From: Callorhinchus milii
Taxonomy: Eukaryota
Reading direction: 5' to 3'
DNA: 64,000 nt
Assembly (NCBI RefSeq): GCF_018977255.1
Contig: NW_024704765.1
Location: 5,704,001-5,768,000, forward strand
Positions 59,004 through 64,000 of the stretch are shown in pieces. Every line of letters starts with the position of its first letter. The first letter of the stretch is position 1. The position numbers were made by a program, and so were the translations under genes. The notes under the pieces were generated by a model. It did not search any database. It had not been told where the DNA came from and saw nothing but the letters and a program-made list of their open reading frames with translations.

Positions 59004-59673
59004 CGCGAAAACAATCTCAAAACGCTCTGCCAGATACAAAGGATGGGTTACGGCGATTTGCAAAGCAAATAAAAGATTCCAGCACAAAAAATAACCAAGT
59101 AGCAGAGAGACGATTATCCCGACCAATCGTAACCGACCAACTATGCGGATAAGCAAATAACGAGGGTTACGGGTAAATCACACGCAATGCTAATTAGCTT
59201 CGGTGCTAACTAATAACTAATTGTCATCAGGAGTTTATGTGGTCGCTGCAGTTCCACAATACGACAGCTCTTCACCTCTAAAACCCCCCACTCTCACTCT
59301 CTCTCTCTCTCTCTCTGACTCGAATTGCGTAAACATATTGTGCGAGACTTGCCTCGGGTGTGAACCTGATTTTATTTCTATCTAACCTGAAAATCACATC
59401 CGGGTTTGGATTTAATTTATCCTTCAGAAGTAAAACTGGAACGAGCGTTACCCGATCCAATCAACTCAACCTCGGATCAAGGGAGTTATTTAAGGGACAT
59501 GGGGAGAAAGCGGGGAATTGGAATTGAAAGGATTAGTTGAGGTGCAGATCAGCTGTGATCTAATTAAATGGCAGAACAGGCTCGAAGGGCTGAATGGCCT
59601 CCTCCTGTTCCTATAAATATCGGCTGAAACTCTCTGTTGCTGATCTGTCATAGACAGGGGGACAGGGATTGTG

Positions 59674-60274
59674 CCCCAATCACACACTATTACTGACCCC
59701 AATCACACACTATTACTGACCCCAATCACACACTATTACTGACCCCAATCACACACCATTACTGACCCCAATCACACACTATTACTGACCCCAATCACAC
59801 ACTATTACTGACCCCAATCACACACTATTACTGACCCCAATCACACACTATTACTGACCCCAATCACACACTATTACTGACCCCAATCACACACTATTAC
59901 TGACCCCAATCACACACTATTACTTACCCCAATCACACACCATTACTGACCCCAATCACACACTATTACTGACCCCAATCACACACTATTACTGACCCCA
60001 ATCACACACTATTACTGACCCCAATCACACACCATTACTGACCCAAATCACACACTATTACTGACCCCAATCACACACTATCACTGACCCCAATCACACA
60101 CTATCACTGACCCCAATCACACACCATCACTGACCCCAATCACACACCATCACTGACCCCAATCACACACTATTACTGACCCCAATCACACACTATCACT
60201 GACCCCAATCCCACACTATCACTGACCCCAATCACACACTATCACTGACCCCAATCCCACACTATCACTGACCC
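59674..60274. repeat. 23-bp minisatellite (CCCCAATCACACACTATTACTGA), ~26 copies, probable DNAJC16 intron 1
   Basis: Direct tandem array. Confidence 0.95.
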
Positions 60275-60359
60275 CCCTCTCCCTCTCACACGGTGATGTT
60301 GATGAGCGGCTGTGGGGGGGCAGACATGTCCCCCTCCCCCTCCCCGGGCCCCCGGACTC

Positions 60360-60495
60360 ACTCCGCCGCGGCCTTGGCTGTGAGGGACGCGGGAACCATG
60401 ACGTGGGGACGGCCACAGACAGACAGACAAACAGGTGTGGACAATCACTTCCGGTTCCCCCGCCCCCCCCCCGCGCGGGGTTGCCATGGCACCGA
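60360..60495 (-). promoter_or_regulatory. Likely DNAJC16 promoter and non-coding first exon (CpG-rich)
   Basis: Minus-strand donor GTGAGT at 60361-60356, TGACGTGG at 60399, ETS CACTTCCGG at 60446, GC boxes, and X-box GTTGCCATGGCACC at 60480-60493. Confidence 0.5.
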
Positions 60496-61220
60496 GGCCT
60501 AGTCCGTCCCTGGCCCCAACACAGCCTGAGCCTCGATTAGCTACTGTTATCATTATTATTATTAACCAACACGGGGGGGGGGGGGGGGTTGGGGGGCAGT
60601 TACTTACCTATTAACTAAGTAATGATGATAATAATAATCATCTCTACAATGACTATTGTTGTGAGTTATTAGCTTCAGCGCCTTCTTATCACGTCTCCGG
60701 GACATCTCAAAGCGCTCCGCACCGCCATGTGTAGTGACTGTTTTTTTTTTGGGGTGGGGAGGGTTGGGCGTGGCGGGGGGGGGGGGGGGAAGGGGGTGGT
60801 TTGGGGGAAGCCGGGGCGAAAGGCGGCGGTCGATTTGCCCTCCAAACTGCCGCGGGTCCGCAGCGGCCCGAATGACCTTGTTTTACGAGGGCGCGGACGC
60901 CGCAAATGCGGCTCCTGTAGTGCGCGCGCGTGTGGCCCACTTCACCGATCACCCCCCCCCCCGGCCCCCCCGGCCCACCCGCCCCACTGCCACCCGCGTT
61001 CAGATACAGATCGGCAGCAGCTGCGAGACTCCGGGTCTTTCTTCCACCTCAACTTTGCTCCCGGTCAATATTTTGAGCCACGTCGACATACTACCGCACA
61101 CGCGACGTGTGTCCCGGCTCAGCGTGTGGCTAAGGAATAGGGGCTCAGTGACGAGGCCTCGGGGTACCCCCTCCCGCCCCCGCACCACCATCCATCAGAA
61201 GCCAGAGCCACACTCTGGTC

Positions 61221-61341
61221 ACACCCGGGTGACGAGCCGCCCGGAGCCCACCCGGGTGACGAGCCGCCCGGAGCCCACCCGGGTGACGAGCCGCCCGGAG
61301 CCCACCCGGGTGACGAGCCGCCCGGAGCCCACCCGGGTGAT
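61221..61341. repeat. 27-bp tandem repeat (CACCCGGGTGACGAGCCGCCCGGAGCC) x4 plus a partial copy
   Basis: Direct tandem array, CpG-rich. Confidence 0.9.
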
Positions 61342-62213
61342 GTCCCCCACCCCAAAAAGCCCGAAGCTTTCACACCACACCACACCAACACCCAATCACA
61401 CAAGTTCACTGAGTCGGAAACTTCAACGACTCGGTTTAAGCAATAAATCCAAATAGACAAAAGTAGTCGGTCGGTTATTTGAAATGTGAATTTTAATCAG
61501 TTGGATTTTGGAGGGGTGGGTGGGTGGGTGGTCGGGGTTTGGTGGGTGGGGGTTGATTTTAAGTGTTCACATAATCTCCACCACCGTTAGAAAAACAGCT
61601 ACGGTTCCCTAAAAGAAGAATTGAAAGTCTTAGTTTCCCTCTCCCCCCCAGCGCTGGAAATAAAAAGTTCATTTAGATTCACATTTGTGCGTGTGCATAT
61701 TAAAAAAAACTCATCAAATTTTACAACCTCTCGTGCACTTAACTATTACCAGCCCTATTCAGCATACATTTTATACATTTATATTTTTATACAGTTTATT
61801 TGCATTTTATACACTGTTTATACATTATATTCCCCAAAAATGTACATGGTTACAAATATTCTACATAACTCAGTTGTGATAGAAATTTATGGCTTGGAAA
61901 GCATAGAGGGCAACACACAGTAAGGCATTCATTCTTATTGATTGATTGTGGGGGAAAGGGAGGGAATTTGCAATGTATTATCTGTAGTGATAATCACAAA
62001 GAGGGGAAAGAGGTAATATGTACGTAGTTCCCCTGCCCTAATTCAATCATATTCTGATCAGCGACTGCATGTTCAGCCCCAAATATAACATTAACGTCCT
62101 GGACAAATCTGTCTGTGGACACATAATGTACATTTCCTAATTATTTTTACAGAAAGGTGAGAATTGATTATTTTTTCATTGTGAGGTGGCAGCAGAAAGG
62201 ACAGCACAGACCC

Positions 62214-63957
62214 TCATTGGTCTAACGGCTTTATGAAGTACAGTTGTTTCCGCAGGAAGTTGAACGATCCAGGGATCTGTTTGTATATTCCTTTGGCTTC
62301 CTCGTCTTCCGAAATTCTCTTTGTCACCTGAACAGAAAAAGAGATGGGATTGAACCATTCAAAGAACCAGAGGCCTGAGCACTGCTGTTTCTCAGTTTAT
62401 AACAAATTTGTAAAAGAAGCTATGAAAGCCAAGACAGATTCTGTCCACACCTGATATCCTTATAGAAGTGATGGCCAACACACAGGATACAGAGGTCAAT
62501 TATATCCCCAACAACAACAATTTGCACTTATAGAGGGCCTTTTTTATGTCAGGAGGACGTCCCAAGGCATTGGACAAAGAGGGAGGGGGTTTGCATTTGA
62601 GCTCCAGAGAGGGGTGGAGGAGCGAAAATGACCAAAGGCGCGGTTAAAAGGAAGGTCTTGAGATGGGCCTTGAAGGAGATAAGGAAGGGGGTGAGGCTGA
62701 AATCAGGAGAGTACTAACCATTGTTAGAAGTCTTTGCAGATCTTCCAAATGAGCATATTCACTGAAAACTTCCACTAACGTTTTCATGTACCATGAACCT
62801 CATTCTTGTCTCTCCAGGATACATAACCTGAGAGAAAGAACCAAAACAGCAGGTAAAACAATCTGTTGCTTCTTAACGATCGGAAAACAAAATAGGACTC
62901 GGGTTTTATATTCAGAGGCACAGAATACAAAAGCAAGGAGTTGATATCAAACTTGACAAGACCTTGGCTACAGTTGGAGTATTGGATACAGTTTTGGGCA
63001 CCCCATTATAGGAAAGAAATAAAACCAATTGAAAAAGTTCAACATAGATTCGCTAGGATATTACCAAGGTTATGAGTTTCAATCATGTGGAGACACTTGA
63101 ACAATTAAGATGTTTCCTTTAATAGAGAGCAGAAGTTTAAGGAGTGACTCTCTTAGTTGTCTTGAAGATCATGAAGGGTAAATATTAATATTGTTAAAAG
63201 GGTAAATTTGAAAGTTAAAGGATAGACATTACTATTATTATTATATACTGACATCAGCATGGGTGCTATTCCCTGTAAACAAGATGCTCTGCTTGAGGAG
63301 GTTAGGATACCTGGGAATGTGGAGTAGGAAACCAAGATGTCACTGGGTGTTGGTAAGCTCGATGTTGCATCAATTTCATCCAACGTCTGACAGGGAACTG
63401 CGTCCATTTGCAAGCTCTCACCACTCGAAAGTAAACCAGGAGCACCATCAATTTCATCAGCTGTCTTGAATCCAAGATCCTTCATCCCTGTTAGAATAGT
63501 AAAGGTTCACTGTTCATTGGACCCGAGCTGGGGGTTGGGATCAGGAAGGATGGAGGGCAGGGATAAAAGGGTGTCCAAAAGCACAGTCAAAGAGGAGGTC
63601 TTGAGACAAGAAAGGGAGCGAGGTGAAAGAACTGTGGGATGGAGTTCCAAAGGGTAGAGGCCAGGTCACTGGGACTCGAATATTCAAGAAACAACTAAGT
63701 GCTGAAGTGAGAAAGTGGGTATTCTGGAAGGATGTGATCAAATGAACCAAACATCCGACCACTTGCCTACACACTATCCATACAAGTCAGAAATAACCAC
63801 GGTACATACCTCCACCACAGGCTTGAATAAAGAACAATTTGGGTTTTTTACGTAGTGTTGGGCAGTTTGACCCATCAAAGTGCCTAACAATTTGCTGGAC
63901 AGATATTGGATTTCCATCTACTCCATAAATAGCGCCTGGAAACTGACTGTGCTGAGC
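62214..63957 (-). CDS. CASP9: Caspase-9, 3' exons (5' part beyond window); apparent 1-nt frameshift in the penultimate exon
   Basis: Minus-strand exons 63957-63810 ([10 protein letters not shown]...[12 protein letters not shown]), 63487-63311 ([31 protein letters not shown]), 62827-62719 (GYVSWRD..GSWY), 62327-62214 ([20 protein letters not shown]). The QACGG pentapeptide is diagnostic of caspase-9, and the gene is adjacent to DNAJC16. Confidence 0.93.
62900..63180 (+). mobile_element. Degenerate CR1-type LINE RT fragment in CASP9 intron
   Basis: CAGTTGGAGTATTGGATACAGTTTTGGGCACCCCATTATAGGAAAGA ([18 protein letters not shown]). Confidence 0.6.
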
Positions 63958-64000
63958 CTAAGTAAGAAAAAGCAAAATGTATACATTATGTTTTTGTGTC

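Noticed and set aside
59674-60274. CRISPR-like regular array (also 33138-34025)
   Set aside because: Head-to-tail units without unique spacers, no cas genes, eukaryotic context; these are minisatellites.
60734-61456. 240-aa ORF with RVTSRPEPT repeats
   Set aside because: GC-rich promoter-proximal DNA, a SINE remnant and a 27-bp repeat; non-ATG start and no recognisable domain.

Overview
This is vertebrate genomic DNA, most consistent with a cartilaginous fish (chimaera/elephant-shark-like), judged from abundant tRNA-headed DeuSINE-type elements with (TTA)n tails, CR1/L2 LINE fragments and compact introns. The taxon is an inference. Seven spliced protein-coding genes can be reconstructed exon by exon from splice sites and translations: the 3' half of EPHB2 (+), LACTBL1 (+), SLC66A1/PQLC2 (-), PINK1 (+), AGMAT (+), DNAJC16 (-) and the 3' end of CASP9 (-). 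All are human 1p36 genes, but their order and orientation differ here. There are two assembly gaps (28416-28550, 54059-54210). The main observations are: a 9x39-bp in-frame repeat ([13 protein letters not shown]) inside kinase insertion 1 of PINK1; apparent 1-nt frameshifts in PINK1 exon 4 and a CASP9 exon (assembly error or loss-of-function allele); a candidate 90-nt cassette exon in the EPHB2 juxtamembrane region; a head-to-head SLC66A1/PINK1 arrangement with CLEAR/M-box motifs; inverted minisatellites bracketing SLC66A1; and a GC-AG intron in PINK1. I found no convincing wholly new multi-gene system. Human comparisons are from memory; no alignment or database search was run.
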